Shown: positions 17,411 through 29,443 of the stretch, in pieces
Numbering within the stretch: position 1 is the first letter of the stretch
How the letters are laid out: the number at the start of each line of letters is the position of its first letter
Assembly: GCA_041687695.1 (NCBI GenBank)
Contig: JAWLBL010000012.1
Coordinates: 32,001-96,000 of the forward strand
Length of the DNA: 64,000 nucleotides
Reading direction: 5' to 3'
Origin: Myxococcota bacterium
Lineage (GTDB): Bacteria > Myxococcota_A > UBA9042 > PHBI01 > JAWLBL01
Translations under genes and position numbers: made by a program
Notes under the pieces: model-generated
Databases searched by the model: none
Told to the model about the DNA's origin: nothing
The model's input: only the letters and a program-made list of their open reading frames with translations

Positions 17411-18586
17411 CTACTCCCACTCGTCGGTCATCTCGCGCCGGAGCATCGCGTCCATCTGCTTGAGCCCCTCGAGCAGCTCGTTCAGCTGCGCCGGGCTGGC
17501 CAGCATCGCCGCGCACTCGCGCTCGTCCTCGGCCGTGACCTGACCGGCCTCGGCCCGCATCTCCTTGCACATCGGCTTCGAGACGACCGCGCACATCCTA
17601 TCGAGCAGCACCGAGCACGACGACGCCGCCGGTGGGGGCGACGGCCGCGGCGCTGGCTCCGGCTGGGTCACCTTGGGCCCCGGCGTCGGCCCCGGCGTCG
17701 GCGCGGGCCCCAGCACCATCGCCGCCAGATCGGGCCCCGCCTCGCGCCCGCTCTTGCCCAGCACCCGCGCCGGGCCGTGGCGCTCGGGCGTCTGCTCGCG
17801 GTCCTTGACCGTCACCCGCAGCACCTTGTGCGCGTAGGTCACCACCTCGTCGGCCGTCACCTGCCCGTCGGCGTCGGCGTCACCCCACCCTCGCAGCGCC
17901 CCCAGCACCAGGTAGCTGAACGCCGGCCGCCCCGCCCCCGGCAGCGGCCCGGCGAGCTGGTGCGCCTTGCCCGCCGACAGCACCGTGACCGGCGACGCCG
18001 CGGCCTTCGCGTCGGCCACCGGCAGCATCGGCTGCAGCCCCGGCGCCAGCGGCGCGCCGTCTCCCGCGCGCCCCGAGAAGCACGCGTCCAGCACCACCAC
18101 GGCCTCCACGCGCTCGCCCTTCCCCACCGCCTTCAGCAGCTCGGCCCGCGGCAGGCTGCGCGCGTACAGCGTCTTGGCGTTCTGCTGCGCGTCGAAGCCG
18201 ACCAGGACCCCGTCCTGCCCGTCCAGCGCCGGCGCCCCGTGGCCCACGAAGACGAACCACAGGGTCCCGCCCGGCTTGGCGTACCCGGCCGCCTTGGCCA
18301 GCGCGTCGCGCAGGTTCTCGAGGTTGGCCTCGCTGTTGCGCAGCAGGATCACGTTCTCGATCGGCACCTTGCGGTCGCGCGTCAGGTGGCGGTACCAGTC
18401 CTCGGCGTTCCTCGCGGCGCCCGGGACGTCGGGGACGAAGGCGTAGTCCTCGATGCCGACCACGACCGCCGCGTCCTTGGCGCCGCCGCCGAGCGCCGCC
18501 TTGGGCGGGGAGGTCAGATCGGGCCAGGCCGGGGCGGGCTGCGCGAGGGCGGCCGCCGCCGCGAACAGCGGGACGAGCAGGTGCAT
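17411..18586 (-). CDS. Secreted caspase-family (peptidase C14) protein
   Basis: Signal peptide; VVVGIEDY, FVGHG (catalytic His), LDACFSG (catalytic Cys), DADADGQVT; Pro-rich linker and small Cys-containing C-terminal domain. Confidence 0.85.
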   Translation of the reverse strand: MHLLVPLFAAAAALAQPAPAWPDLTSPPKAALGGGAKDAAVVVGIEDYAFVPDVPGAARNAEDWYRHLTRDRKVPIENVILLRNSEANLENLRDALAKAAGYAKPGGTLWFVFVGHGAPALDGQDGVLVGFDAQQNAKTLYARSLPRAELLKAVGKGERVEAVVVLDACFSGRAGDGAPLAPGLQPMLPVADAKAAASPVTVLSAGKAHQLAGPLPGAGRPAFSYLVLGALRGWGDADADGQVTADEVVTYAHKVLRVTVKDREQTPERHGPARVLGKSGREAGPDLAAMVLGPAPTPGPTPGPKVTQPEPAPRPSPPPAASSCSVLLDRMCAVVSKPMCKEMRAEAGQVTAEDERECAAMLASPAQLNELLEGLKQMDAMLRREMTDEWE

Positions 18587-18782
18587 CGGGGCTCCCGGGC
18601 GTGGGGTGCGAACGCGACCTTACCGAGTCCGGGCGCCGCTCGCCACCTGCGGCGGCCACCGCGGCCTCGCGCCGGGTTGTCTCGACCGCACGACGTGACG
18701 CCCTTATCAGCTTCGGGGTGGGCGTCCAGGCCGCGAGCCGCTAGCGTGGCGCCCCCTCCCGAACCGACGACGAGGATCCACG

Positions 18783-20672
18783 ATGACGCTTGCAGGGCAC
18801 TGGACCACGCGCTTTTCCGACAAGGTCGTCACGGTCGAGCAGGCGATCCGGGCCATCCGCCCCGGACGCCGCGTCCTGGTCGGCTCGGGCGCGGGGGAGC
18901 CCGAGCGGCTGGTCCAGGGCCTCATCGAGCACGGCGCGCACCTGGCGGACAACGAGATCGTGCACCTGCTGACGCTGGGCGCGGCGCCGTACGTCGACCC
19001 CGGGCTCGAGCGGCGCTTCCGACACGTGGCCTTCTTCATCGGGCCCAACGTCCGCAAGGCCGTGCAGGAGGGGCGCGCCGACTTCATGCCGGTGTTCTTG
19101 AGCGAGATCCCGCAGCTCATCCGCAGCCGGCGCGTGCGCATCGACGTCGCGCTGGTGCAGGTCAGCGAGCCCGACGCCCACGGCTACGTCAGCCTGGGCG
19201 TCTCGGTCGACATCGTGCGCGCGGCCGTCGACTCGGCGGCCCTGGTCATCGCCGAGGTCAACCCGCGCATGCCCCGCACCCTGGGCGACTCGTTCGTCCA
19301 CGTCAGCCGCCTGGCCCACCTGGTCCCGGTGGACGCCCCGCTGCCCGAGCTGAAGGCCGAGCCGCTCGACGAGGTCACGCGCACCATCGGCCAGCACGTC
19401 GCCAGCCTCATCCCGGACGGCGCGACCATCCAGACCGGCATCGGCAAGATCCCCCACGCCGTCCTCGAGGCCCTGCGCGACCACCAGGACCTGGGCGTCC
19501 ACACCGAGATGCTGAGCGACAGCGTCATCGATCTGGTCGAGCGCGGCGTCATCAACGGGCGCCGCAAGACGCTGCTGCCCGGCAAGCTGGTGACCTCGTT
19601 CATCATGGGCACCCAGCGCCTGTACGACTGGGCCCACGACAACCCGGCCATCGAGATGCGCCCGTCCGACTTCACCAACGACCCGGTCACCGTCGCCCGC
19701 AACGACTGCATGATGGCCATCAACTCGGCGGTCGCCATCGATCTCACCGGGCAGGTGGCCAGCGACACCGTGCGCGGGCGCTTCTTCAGCGGCATCGGCG
19801 GGCAGGTCGACTTCATCCGGGGCGCGGCGCGCAGCCGGGCGGGCAAGCCCATCATCGCGCTGCCGTCGACGGCGCGCGGCGGGACGGTCAGCCGCATCGT
19901 GCCGACGCTGGACGAGGGCGCGGGGGTCGTCACCAGCCGCGGCGACGTGCGCTACGTGGTGACCGAGTTCGGCGTCGCGGATCTGTGGGGCAAGAACATC
20001 CGGCAGCGCGCGATGGCGCTCATCGAGGTGGCGCACCCGGACTTCCGCGACGCGCTGCTCGAGGCCGCCAAGGGGCGGCGCTACGTGTTCCCGGACCAGC
20101 TGGTGCCGCGGGCGCGCTACCCGTGGGAGGAGGCGTGCGAGGCGAAGACCCGCGACGGCGAGGCCATCGTGGTGCGCCCGGCGCGGGTGGCCGATCACGA
20201 GGCGCTGCAGGACTTCTTCTACGGCTTGAGCGACAAGACCGTGTACCGGCGCTTCATGCAGCACAAGCGGCGCCATCCCCACGCCGAGATCCAGGCGCTG
20301 GTCGACCAGGACTACGAGAGCAGCATGGCGCTGGTGGCGACGCCGGCCGAGCGCCCCGACGAGATCGTGGCGATGGCCCGCTACGATCTGGACCCGGCGA
20401 CCCGGCTGGCCGACATCGCCTTCGTGGTGGCCGACGCCTGGCAGGGCAAGGGGCTGGGGACGTTCCTGATGCGGCGGATGGCCGAGGTCGGGCGCTCGCG
20501 CGACATCGCGGGCTTTTCGGCCGACGTGCTGGCGACCAACCTGGACATGCTAGAGATCTTCAACCGCAGCGGGATGCAGGTGCACGCGGACCTCGACGGG
20601 TCCGAGTACCACGTGACCCTGACCTTCCCGCAGGGCGAGCCGGCCGGCGGAGGCGACGCGGCGGGCGGCTGA
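18783..20672 (+). CDS. Acetyl-CoA hydrolase/transferase fused to a GNAT acetyltransferase
   Basis: IQTGIGKIP, LGVHTEM, SGIGGQVDFIRGA, VVTEFGVADL; C-terminal VADAWQGKGLG GNAT motif A. Confidence 0.92.
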   Translation: MTLAGHWTTRFSDKVVTVEQAIRAIRPGRRVLVGSGAGEPERLVQGLIEHGAHLADNEIVHLLTLGAAPYVDPGLERRFRHVAFFIGPNVRKAVQEGRADFMPVFLSEIPQLIRSRRVRIDVALVQVSEPDAHGYVSLGVSVDIVRAAVDSAALVIAEVNPRMPRTLGDSFVHVSRLAHLVPVDAPLPELKAEPLDEVTRTIGQHVASLIPDGATIQTGIGKIPHAVLEALRDHQDLGVHTEMLSDSVIDLVERGVINGRRKTLLPGKLVTSFIMGTQRLYDWAHDNPAIEMRPSDFTNDPVTVARNDCMMAINSAVAIDLTGQVASDTVRGRFFSGIGGQVDFIRGAARSRAGKPIIALPSTARGGTVSRIVPTLDEGAGVVTSRGDVRYVVTEFGVADLWGKNIRQRAMALIEVAHPDFRDALLEAAKGRRYVFPDQLVPRARYPWEEACEAKTRDGEAIVVRPARVADHEALQDFFYGLSDKTVYRRFMQHKRRHPHAEIQALVDQDYESSMALVATPAERPDEIVAMARYDLDPATRLADIAFVVADAWQGKGLGTFLMRRMAEVGRSRDIAGFSADVLATNLDMLEIFNRSGMQVHADLDGSEYHVTLTFPQGEPAGGGDAAGG

Positions 20673-20961
20673 GCGCCGGGAGCGGGCGGAGATCTACGGA
20701 CCTGGGTCGAAGCGGGGGGAGTGGGCATCGGCTCTCGCCAGCGGGGATCCAGCTGACCGGGTAGCCATTGGGGACCGCTGTCGGGGTTCAGCGTCCGCCG
20801 GGCGCCCTGCCGGGCCGTGGGTCGATGCGCGATGCCACTCGGGGTTCGACACGTCCGCGTGGGGAGCGCGGACGCTGACGGGGCGTCGGGGAGGGCGCCA
20901 CCGTCACGAGGTCTGGATGTCAGAGGCCACCGGGGAGGGAGGCCAGCGACGCCCAGAGAGA

Positions 20962-20979
20962 TTGCACGACCCGTGCCAA
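20962..20979 (-). promoter_or_regulatory. Sigma54 (-24/-12) promoter with no downstream ORF
   Basis: Minus strand reads TTGGCACGGGTCGTGCAA (GG-N10-GC). Confidence 0.6.
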
Positions 20980-21192
20980 CCGAACCGATGGCCAGCAACT
21001 TGGCGGCCTTCGCGCGAAACCGGGGCGGGCGAGCCGCTCACAACCCGGCGAAAACGCGTCGGTTTGCGAGATTTCTCGCTCCTGAGTGGGGGACGCCCCG
21101 GCGGGCGCAGACGCCAAGCGGCCGAACCGGTCCCCAGCGGTCGGTCAAGGGGGGAGCGGCGGATTCCGGTGGCAGGCGCGGCGTCGCCGGGC

Positions 21193-23469
<2,277 letters not shown>

Positions 23470-23853
23470 GAGGGGGCGGCTCCGCGGGTCGCTGCAGGGG
23501 GTCGGGGGCGCGACTTTGAAGCCGATCGCCGCGCGAGTCCACGACGATTGCGCATTCGGGCTTGCGCCGGTGCCGCCCGCTTCCCATACTGCGCGCTCTC
23601 AGGAGACCCCCTATGATTCGCCTCGGCTTTCAGAACCGACACGAGTAGCGGGCGCCGCCGGATGGCCGCGCGTCGCTGACGCACGGTCCCTTCCTGTCGC
23701 CCACATCGCTTCGTTGGTCCCCTCGGCGAGCCTCGCCGTGAACGCGCGCGCCCTGCCCCATCGCGCAGGCGCCGCGCCGCGTTCGCGCCCTCGCGCGCCG
23801 ACCTGCCGCCAGCCCGCCGCCACGCGCGACGCGGGCTGTCCGAACGCCGAGCC

Positions 23854-26742
23854 ATGTCCAGAAGTCGCCACCCGTCGCGGCCGCGTCCGCCGCGTCGCGT
23901 CTCGTCGCTGCAAAGACAGCTGTCGGGCCCCGCCGTCGTGGCGGGCGCCCAGGTCGTCGTCCTGTCCGAGACGCCGCCGCGTCCGCCCGACCCGCTCGCG
24001 CTGGCGCGCGCCCTGCTGACGCCGCAGCTGCCCGACGTGGACGAGCTGGCCAGGCGAGTGGGCGCCAAGCAGGCCGTCCCGCTGTCGCCGGAGCTGCAGG
24101 TCCAGGCCTGGCGCCAGGGCGCCGCGTTGGCGTCCTTGCCGGAGCTGGTCCGGCGCGCGGCCGCCCACGGCCCTCCGCAGACGCGCGTCGGGCTGGCCGC
24201 CGAGGCGCTGATCTCGCTGGACGCCCCGGAGCGGCACGCGCCCCTGCTGGCGCGGCTGCTCGCCGAGGCGCCGCCCGCGCCCGGTCAGCGGCCTCCGGGA
24301 CCGGGTGGGCCGGCGGTCGCCTCGCGCGTCGCGGCGAGGCGGGCCCTGGCCGCGCTGAGGGCCGGCGTGCTGTACGGCCCGGCCGTGGCCGCCCACGCCG
24401 CGGCGGTGCTGGCCGCGCGCGAAGCGCCGCCGGGCGATGACGAGCTCGTGCTGGCGGCGCTGCTGCTCGTGCCGTCGGCGCGCGCGACGCCGCCGGACGT
24501 CGACGCGGACGGGCTGAGGCTGTTGGTGCGGGGGCTGAGGCACCAGGAGACCGAGCGCGCCGTGGCCTTGCTGAGCGCCCTCTCCGGTCTGCCGCGCGAG
24601 GCGCTCGGGCGGCTGCGCTGGTGGCATCTGAGGTGCGTGTCGCGGCCCGAGCTGCTCGGCGATCTCCTGCAGCGGGGCATCGAGCCGACGTCCCACGAGG
24701 CGCTGCGGGCCTCGGCGCCCGCGCGGCGCTGGCTGGCGCTGGCGACCGACCTCGCGGCCGCCGCGGGCGGGGGCGCGGAGCCGGACTTCGCCGGGCTCGC
24801 GCCGGACGAGGACGCCGTGGTGCGCCTGTCGGCCCGCCGCCGCGCCGACGACCCGCTGAGCGTGCTGGGCGCGCTGGCGCTGGTCCGCCAGGCGCTGCGC
24901 CACGGGCACGACGCCGAGGCCGTCGCCGCGCGCGCGATCGCGCTGGGGCGTCGCTGCGCGCCGCTGATGCGGGTCCTGGACGCGTGGCGGACCGTCGACC
25001 TGGCCGCGCCGCCGCCCGAGCTGGCGGAGGTGGCCCGGGTGACGGGGCTCGCGCCCGAGGTGGTGGCGCGTTATCTGAGGTTCCGCGAGCTGACCGGCGA
25101 GGGGGCGACCTTCTCGCGGGCGCTGCGAGAGGCGCTGCAGGCGCCGCCGGAGCGGGTCGAGGCGGCCGGCAAGCGGGCGCGGCGACGGCTGGAGCGGGCG
25201 CTGCCCGAGCTGGGGCGCGAGGCCTTGAAGCAACTGGTCGAGGACGCTGCGTTGCGAGCCCTTGGCGACGTGGTCGGCCGGCGCGCCGCGGCGCGGCCGC
25301 TGTCACGCGAGGATCTGGGGCGGCTGCAGGGCCTCTTCGTCGACTTGCGGACGCGGTTGCCGCTGGTCGGGGCGCTGGTGCGGGAGGCGGTCGGCCGGCA
25401 GGCGCTGGCGTCGCGGCCGCCGAACGCCGCCTGGTGCGAGCGGGCGCGGGCCGCGGGGGTCGACGTCGAGGCGTGGCTGGGCGGGCTGGACGTCGAGGTC
25501 GAGGTCGCGGGCGAGCGGCTGCGCGTGCAGACCGAGGCGGATCCCTGGGCCGTGCTGGACATGGGGACCTGGTTCGGCACCTGCCTGAGCCTGGAGGGCG
25601 GCTTCAACTGCGCGTCGACGCTGGTCAACGCGCTGGACGTGAACAAGCACCTGGTGGTCGCGCGGCGCGCCGACGGGAAGGTCTTCGGACGCAAGCTGAT
25701 CGGGGCGACCGCGCGCGGCGAGCTGGCCGGCTACCACACCTACGCGCACGAGCACGGGTTGGCGTTGCGTGAGGCCCTGTCCGAGGCGCTGCGCGGGTTC
25801 GCGGCGCGGTGTGGGCTGCGGCCGTCGGACCGGGCGACGCCCGAGGTGCTGCACGACGGGTTCTGGTACGACGACGGCAACGAGGGCTGGCAGGCGCGCA
25901 CGGCGGCCGGGCCGCATGCGGGCGAGGTGGCGCGGGCCTTGCGGGCCGGGCGGGCGCCGACGGCGGCCGGGCGCACGTTCGGGGACGACCTGGCCTGGCG
26001 GCTGGCGGTCTACGGCGTGCCGGCGTGTCGACCGGCGGTGGCTCGGCTGGCCGGTCTGGGGCCGGAGGCCGCCGTGAGGATCGCGGTCGACGCGCTGGTC
26101 CGGCGGCGTCCCGACGCGGGGGCCCTGCGGCTGCTGGCGCGGGCGAGCCGTGAAGCGGCGCGGCGCGGCGGCAGGTTGCCGCCGGTGCCGATCGAGGCAG
26201 GCGAGTGCTCGGTGGATTGGCTGACGGCGCTGCTGGAGGCGCTGCCCGACGCGCCCGAGGGCGGGGTGGTGACGCGGTGGGCGGACGCGCTGGCGACGGC
26301 GGGACGGCGCGAGGGGACGCTGGCGGCGTTCGCGGGGTCGCGGGCGGTGCCGGGAGTGGCGCGGGGGTTGCTGGTGGCGGCGCTGGAGGCGCGCGGGTGC
26401 TGGCCCGAGCCGACGGTGCGCGGTGGGCGGCGCGACGCGGGGCCGAGGCCGGCGGACCGGCTGCGGGCGTGCCTGGGCGAGGCCGAGGGGCCGAGCCGGT
26501 CCTGGGCGGTGAGGGCGGCGGCCTGCGCGGCGCGCATGGACGCCGGGGAGGTGGCGACGGTGGTGGCCGGGAGCGAGACGCTGGGCGAGGCCAAGGTGGT
26601 CGACCTGGCGATCGCCGAGGACGCGGCGGGGCGGCCGTGGGGGCCGCTGACGCGGGCGGCGTTGGGGGCGCTGGGCGAGGCGACGCGCCGGAGGGCGCTG
26701 GCCGAGGTGAAGCGCTGGCTGGGCGACGGTGGGGGCTGCTAG
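23854..26742 (+). CDS. Large hypothetical protein (962 aa) with a conserved-looking core
   Basis: Ala/Leu/Arg-rich helical protein with one well-structured segment (MGTWFGTCLSLEGGFN...NALDVNKHLVVARRADGKVFGRKLIG...WYDDG); start uncertain. Confidence 0.7.
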   Translation: MSRSRHPSRPRPPRRVSSLQRQLSGPAVVAGAQVVVLSETPPRPPDPLALARALLTPQLPDVDELARRVGAKQAVPLSPELQVQAWRQGAALASLPELVRRAAAHGPPQTRVGLAAEALISLDAPERHAPLLARLLAEAPPAPGQRPPGPGGPAVASRVAARRALAALRAGVLYGPAVAAHAAAVLAAREAPPGDDELVLAALLLVPSARATPPDVDADGLRLLVRGLRHQETERAVALLSALSGLPREALGRLRWWHLRCVSRPELLGDLLQRGIEPTSHEALRASAPARRWLALATDLAAAAGGGAEPDFAGLAPDEDAVVRLSARRRADDPLSVLGALALVRQALRHGHDAEAVAARAIALGRRCAPLMRVLDAWRTVDLAAPPPELAEVARVTGLAPEVVARYLRFRELTGEGATFSRALREALQAPPERVEAAGKRARRRLERALPELGREALKQLVEDAALRALGDVVGRRAAARPLSREDLGRLQGLFVDLRTRLPLVGALVREAVGRQALASRPPNAAWCERARAAGVDVEAWLGGLDVEVEVAGERLRVQTEADPWAVLDMGTWFGTCLSLEGGFNCASTLVNALDVNKHLVVARRADGKVFGRKLIGATARGELAGYHTYAHEHGLALREALSEALRGFAARCGLRPSDRATPEVLHDGFWYDDGNEGWQARTAAGPHAGEVARALRAGRAPTAAGRTFGDDLAWRLAVYGVPACRPAVARLAGLGPEAAVRIAVDALVRRRPDAGALRLLARASREAARRGGRLPPVPIEAGECSVDWLTALLEALPDAPEGGVVTRWADALATAGRREGTLAAFAGSRAVPGVARGLLVAALEARGCWPEPTVRGGRRDAGPRPADRLRACLGEAEGPSRSWAVRAAACAARMDAGEVATVVAGSETLGEAKVVDLAIAEDAAGRPWGPLTRAALGALGEATRRRALAEVKRWLGDGGGC

Positions 26743-26751
26743 GGTGCGGGG

Positions 26752-28278
26752 ATGAAGCGCTTCGGGTGGGTGATGGTGGGGCTGGCCGCCGCGTGCGGGG
26801 GCGAGCCGGCGGGAGAGGCCGAGACGGTGGCCGACGTCGTGGCCGAGGCGGAGACCGCGGCGGACGCCGAGGCCGAGGCCGGGGCCGACGCCGAGACGGG
26901 GACCGGGGGCGACGCCGAGGCCGAGACGGTGGCCGACGCCGAGGCCGAGACGGTGGCCGACGCCGAGGCCGAGACGGTGGCCGGACCGGTCCCGGGTGCT
27001 CTCGAGGGGTTGCCGACGCTGGGCGAGACGCTGTGTCTGGCGCACCCGCCGCAGTGGACCGACGTCGAGCGGCAGGCGGCGGTCGAGCGGCTGCTGGAGG
27101 CCGGCGTCGGGACGGTGCGGTTCGATCTCCGCTGGGCCTACACCGAGAAGCAGCCGGGGACCTTCGACTGGAGCTGGATCGACGCCAGCGCCGAGGTGTA
27201 CGCGGGCGCGGGGCTCGAGCTGCTGGGGCTCCTGTGGGCTGGCAACCCCTGGGCCAGCAGCCACCCGAAGGCGGACCAGTTCTACCCACCGGACGACCCG
27301 GCCGAGTTCGGCGACTTCGTCGAGGCGGCCGTCACCCACCTGGGCGACCGGGCCTGGCGCTTCGAGATCTGGAACGAGCCCAACGCCGGCTACCGGTTCT
27401 GGAAGGGCGTGCCGTCGGGCGGGATCGTGTCCAAGGGCGACCCGGCGGCCTTCGGGGCGCTGCTGAAGGAGGCCACCGCGCGCGGGCGCGCCGCCTGCCC
27501 GGATTGCGAGTTCGCCTTTGGCGGCCCGTTCTTCCACGACCTGGGCATCGACGGGCACGTGACGTTCCTGGCCGACGCCTTCGCCGCGCACCCGGACCTG
27601 GGCGAGTCGTTCGACGCGATGGGCTTTCACCCCTACGCGATGTACCCGCCGCTGGCGGCGCCCGAGGAGGGCGAGTCCGAGCTGGAGCTGCCGGTCTGGG
27701 AGATGGCGGCGCAGGTGCGCGCGGTGATGGCCGCGCACGGGGCCGGCGACCGGCCGCTGTGGACGACCGAGATCGGATGGCCGGTCTGGGGCGAGACCAC
27801 GCCCGAGCGGCAGGCCGTCTATCTGGTGCGCGCGCACTTGCATCTGGTCGCCCTGGCCGCCGCGCCGGTCTGCTGGTACGAGCTGTACGACGGCCCCGAA
27901 CCGGACGGCTTCCCGCCCGAGGACGCCTTCGGGCTGCTCAGTCACCTGGACCCGGCGACCGGGCTGGGCGGCGAGCCGAAGCCGGCCTTCCACGCCCTGG
28001 CGCAGCTGGGCAACCGCTTCGCCGCCCACCGCCCGACCCGCGATCTGGCCGCGGGCGGCGCCCTGCCGGCCGGCGCCTTCGGCTACGAGCTGCGCGCCGA
28101 CGGGGGCGACGACGTCTGGTGGGCTTTGTGGACGCACCCAGCGAAGGCGCTCACCGCCGCCCTGCCCGCGCCGGTCGCCGAGGCGCGCGCCCTGACCGGC
28201 GAGCCGCTGCAGGCGCTGGTCGGCCAGACGACCGCCACGCTGGGCGAGGCGCCGATCTTCTTGCGGCTCGCGCCGTAA
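26752..28278 (+). CDS. Clan GH-A glycoside hydrolase lipoprotein (GH39/GH5-like)
   Basis: Lipobox LAAAC; acidic AEAETVAD repeat linker; EIWNEPN (acid/base), FHPY, WTTEIGW (nucleophile), FGLL...KPAF. Confidence 0.85.
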   Translation: MKRFGWVMVGLAAACGGEPAGEAETVADVVAEAETAADAEAEAGADAETGTGGDAEAETVADAEAETVADAEAETVAGPVPGALEGLPTLGETLCLAHPPQWTDVERQAAVERLLEAGVGTVRFDLRWAYTEKQPGTFDWSWIDASAEVYAGAGLELLGLLWAGNPWASSHPKADQFYPPDDPAEFGDFVEAAVTHLGDRAWRFEIWNEPNAGYRFWKGVPSGGIVSKGDPAAFGALLKEATARGRAACPDCEFAFGGPFFHDLGIDGHVTFLADAFAAHPDLGESFDAMGFHPYAMYPPLAAPEEGESELELPVWEMAAQVRAVMAAHGAGDRPLWTTEIGWPVWGETTPERQAVYLVRAHLHLVALAAAPVCWYELYDGPEPDGFPPEDAFGLLSHLDPATGLGGEPKPAFHALAQLGNRFAAHRPTRDLAAGGALPAGAFGYELRADGGDDVWWALWTHPAKALTAALPAPVAEARALTGEPLQALVGQTTATLGEAPIFLRLAP

Positions 28279-28359
28279 CCCCCTCCCGCGATCCCGGCGC
28301 TCCCGGAGTCTCCGGCGGCGCGGTATGGTGCGGCCTCCGCCTCCCCTGAAAGGCCCGCG

Positions 28360-29436
28360 ATGGACAACCTGCTGCTGCACCCCGAGGCGCGCGCGACCGT
28401 GTGGGACCGCGTCTGCGACCACTTCCCGCGCCAGCCCGCGACCTGGGACATCTCGGCCGACGGCCGCGTCCCCATCGACGACGACGCCCCGCTGCTCCGC
28501 CACGGCGCGCCGGTGCTGGGCCTGTCGTTCTCGCCCGACGGCCTGTGGCTCGCCGCAGCCGGCGGCGGCGCCATCCCGCGCGCCGACGCCACCGTGCGCT
28601 GCTGGAACGTCGAGACCGGCGACACCCTGGTCTGCCGCGGCCACGCCGCCGGCGTCTTCGCCGTCGCCTTCGACCCGCGCACGGGCGTGCTCGCCTCGGC
28701 CAGCCACGACTTCTCGGTCCTTCTGTGGAACCTCGAGGCCGGCGACGCCGTGTTCCTGCTGGGCGAGGACTCGGTGGCCAAGCAGGGCCTGGCGTTTGCG
28801 ACCACGCGCCCGTGGCTGGCCATCGGCGACGGCCACGCCTACCGAGGCCGCCAGGCCGCCCTGCGCGTGCTGGATCTGACCACCGGACAGACCGTCTTCC
28901 AGCACACGCTGCCCCCCGGCGAGCACGTGCAGCACCTGGCCCTGTCGCCCGACGGGACCACGCTGGTCGCCGCCACCCTGGACGCCGACGCCTACGCGCG
29001 CGAGGTCGTGGCCTGGCGGCTGCCCGAGGGCGAGGTCCTGTGGCGCTTCGATCGGCCCGAGGGCGCCGCCTGGCAGGGGCTGGCCCTGGACCCCGCCCGC
29101 GACCGCGTCCTGCTGGCCTGGCGCGACGCCGACGACGTGCGCTGGTTGACCCCGCACGCGCTCGCAGACGGCCGCGCGCTGGACCCGGTCTCGGTGGGGC
29201 GCGGGCTGTTGGGCGCCCTGGCCGTCAGCCACGAGGCCGATCTCGCCGCCACCGTGGGCGAGGACGCGCTGGTCCGCGTCTTCGAGCTGGGCTCGCTGAC
29301 CCCGACCGCCGAGCTGCCGGTCGCCGCCACCGGCCCCACCGCCCTCGCCTTCTCACCCGCGGGCGATCTGCTGGCGGTCGGCACCGTCCGCCGCACCGTC
29401 GCCCTGCTGCGCGGCCCCTTCCGCGGCCGCGACTGA
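28360..29436 (+). CDS. WD40 repeat beta-propeller protein
   Basis: HGAPVLGLSFSPDG, GHAAGVFAVAFDP...LASASHDFSVLLWN, LALSPDG, LAFSPAG. Confidence 0.88.
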   Translation: MDNLLLHPEARATVWDRVCDHFPRQPATWDISADGRVPIDDDAPLLRHGAPVLGLSFSPDGLWLAAAGGGAIPRADATVRCWNVETGDTLVCRGHAAGVFAVAFDPRTGVLASASHDFSVLLWNLEAGDAVFLLGEDSVAKQGLAFATTRPWLAIGDGHAYRGRQAALRVLDLTTGQTVFQHTLPPGEHVQHLALSPDGTTLVAATLDADAYAREVVAWRLPEGEVLWRFDRPEGAAWQGLALDPARDRVLLAWRDADDVRWLTPHALADGRALDPVSVGRGLLGALAVSHEADLAATVGEDALVRVFELGSLTPTAELPVAATGPTALAFSPAGDLLAVGTVRRTVALLRGPFRGRD

Positions 29437-29443
29437 CCGCGCG

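Noticed and set aside
16013..20764. 1583-aa ORF and similar giant ORFs (25303..29232, 44766..48551, 50630..53797, 37552..40329)
   Set aside because: Arg/Pro/Gly-rich shadow or antisense frames of real genes, expected at this GC content where stop codons are rare
20835..20870. tRNA suggested by GGTTCGA
   Set aside because: No T-stem pairing or cloverleaf around it
26814..26982. 24-bp repeats in the glycoside hydrolase gene and AEAEAV repeats at 34290-34530 as a repeat system
   Set aside because: In-frame low-complexity acidic linkers, common in myxobacterial exported proteins
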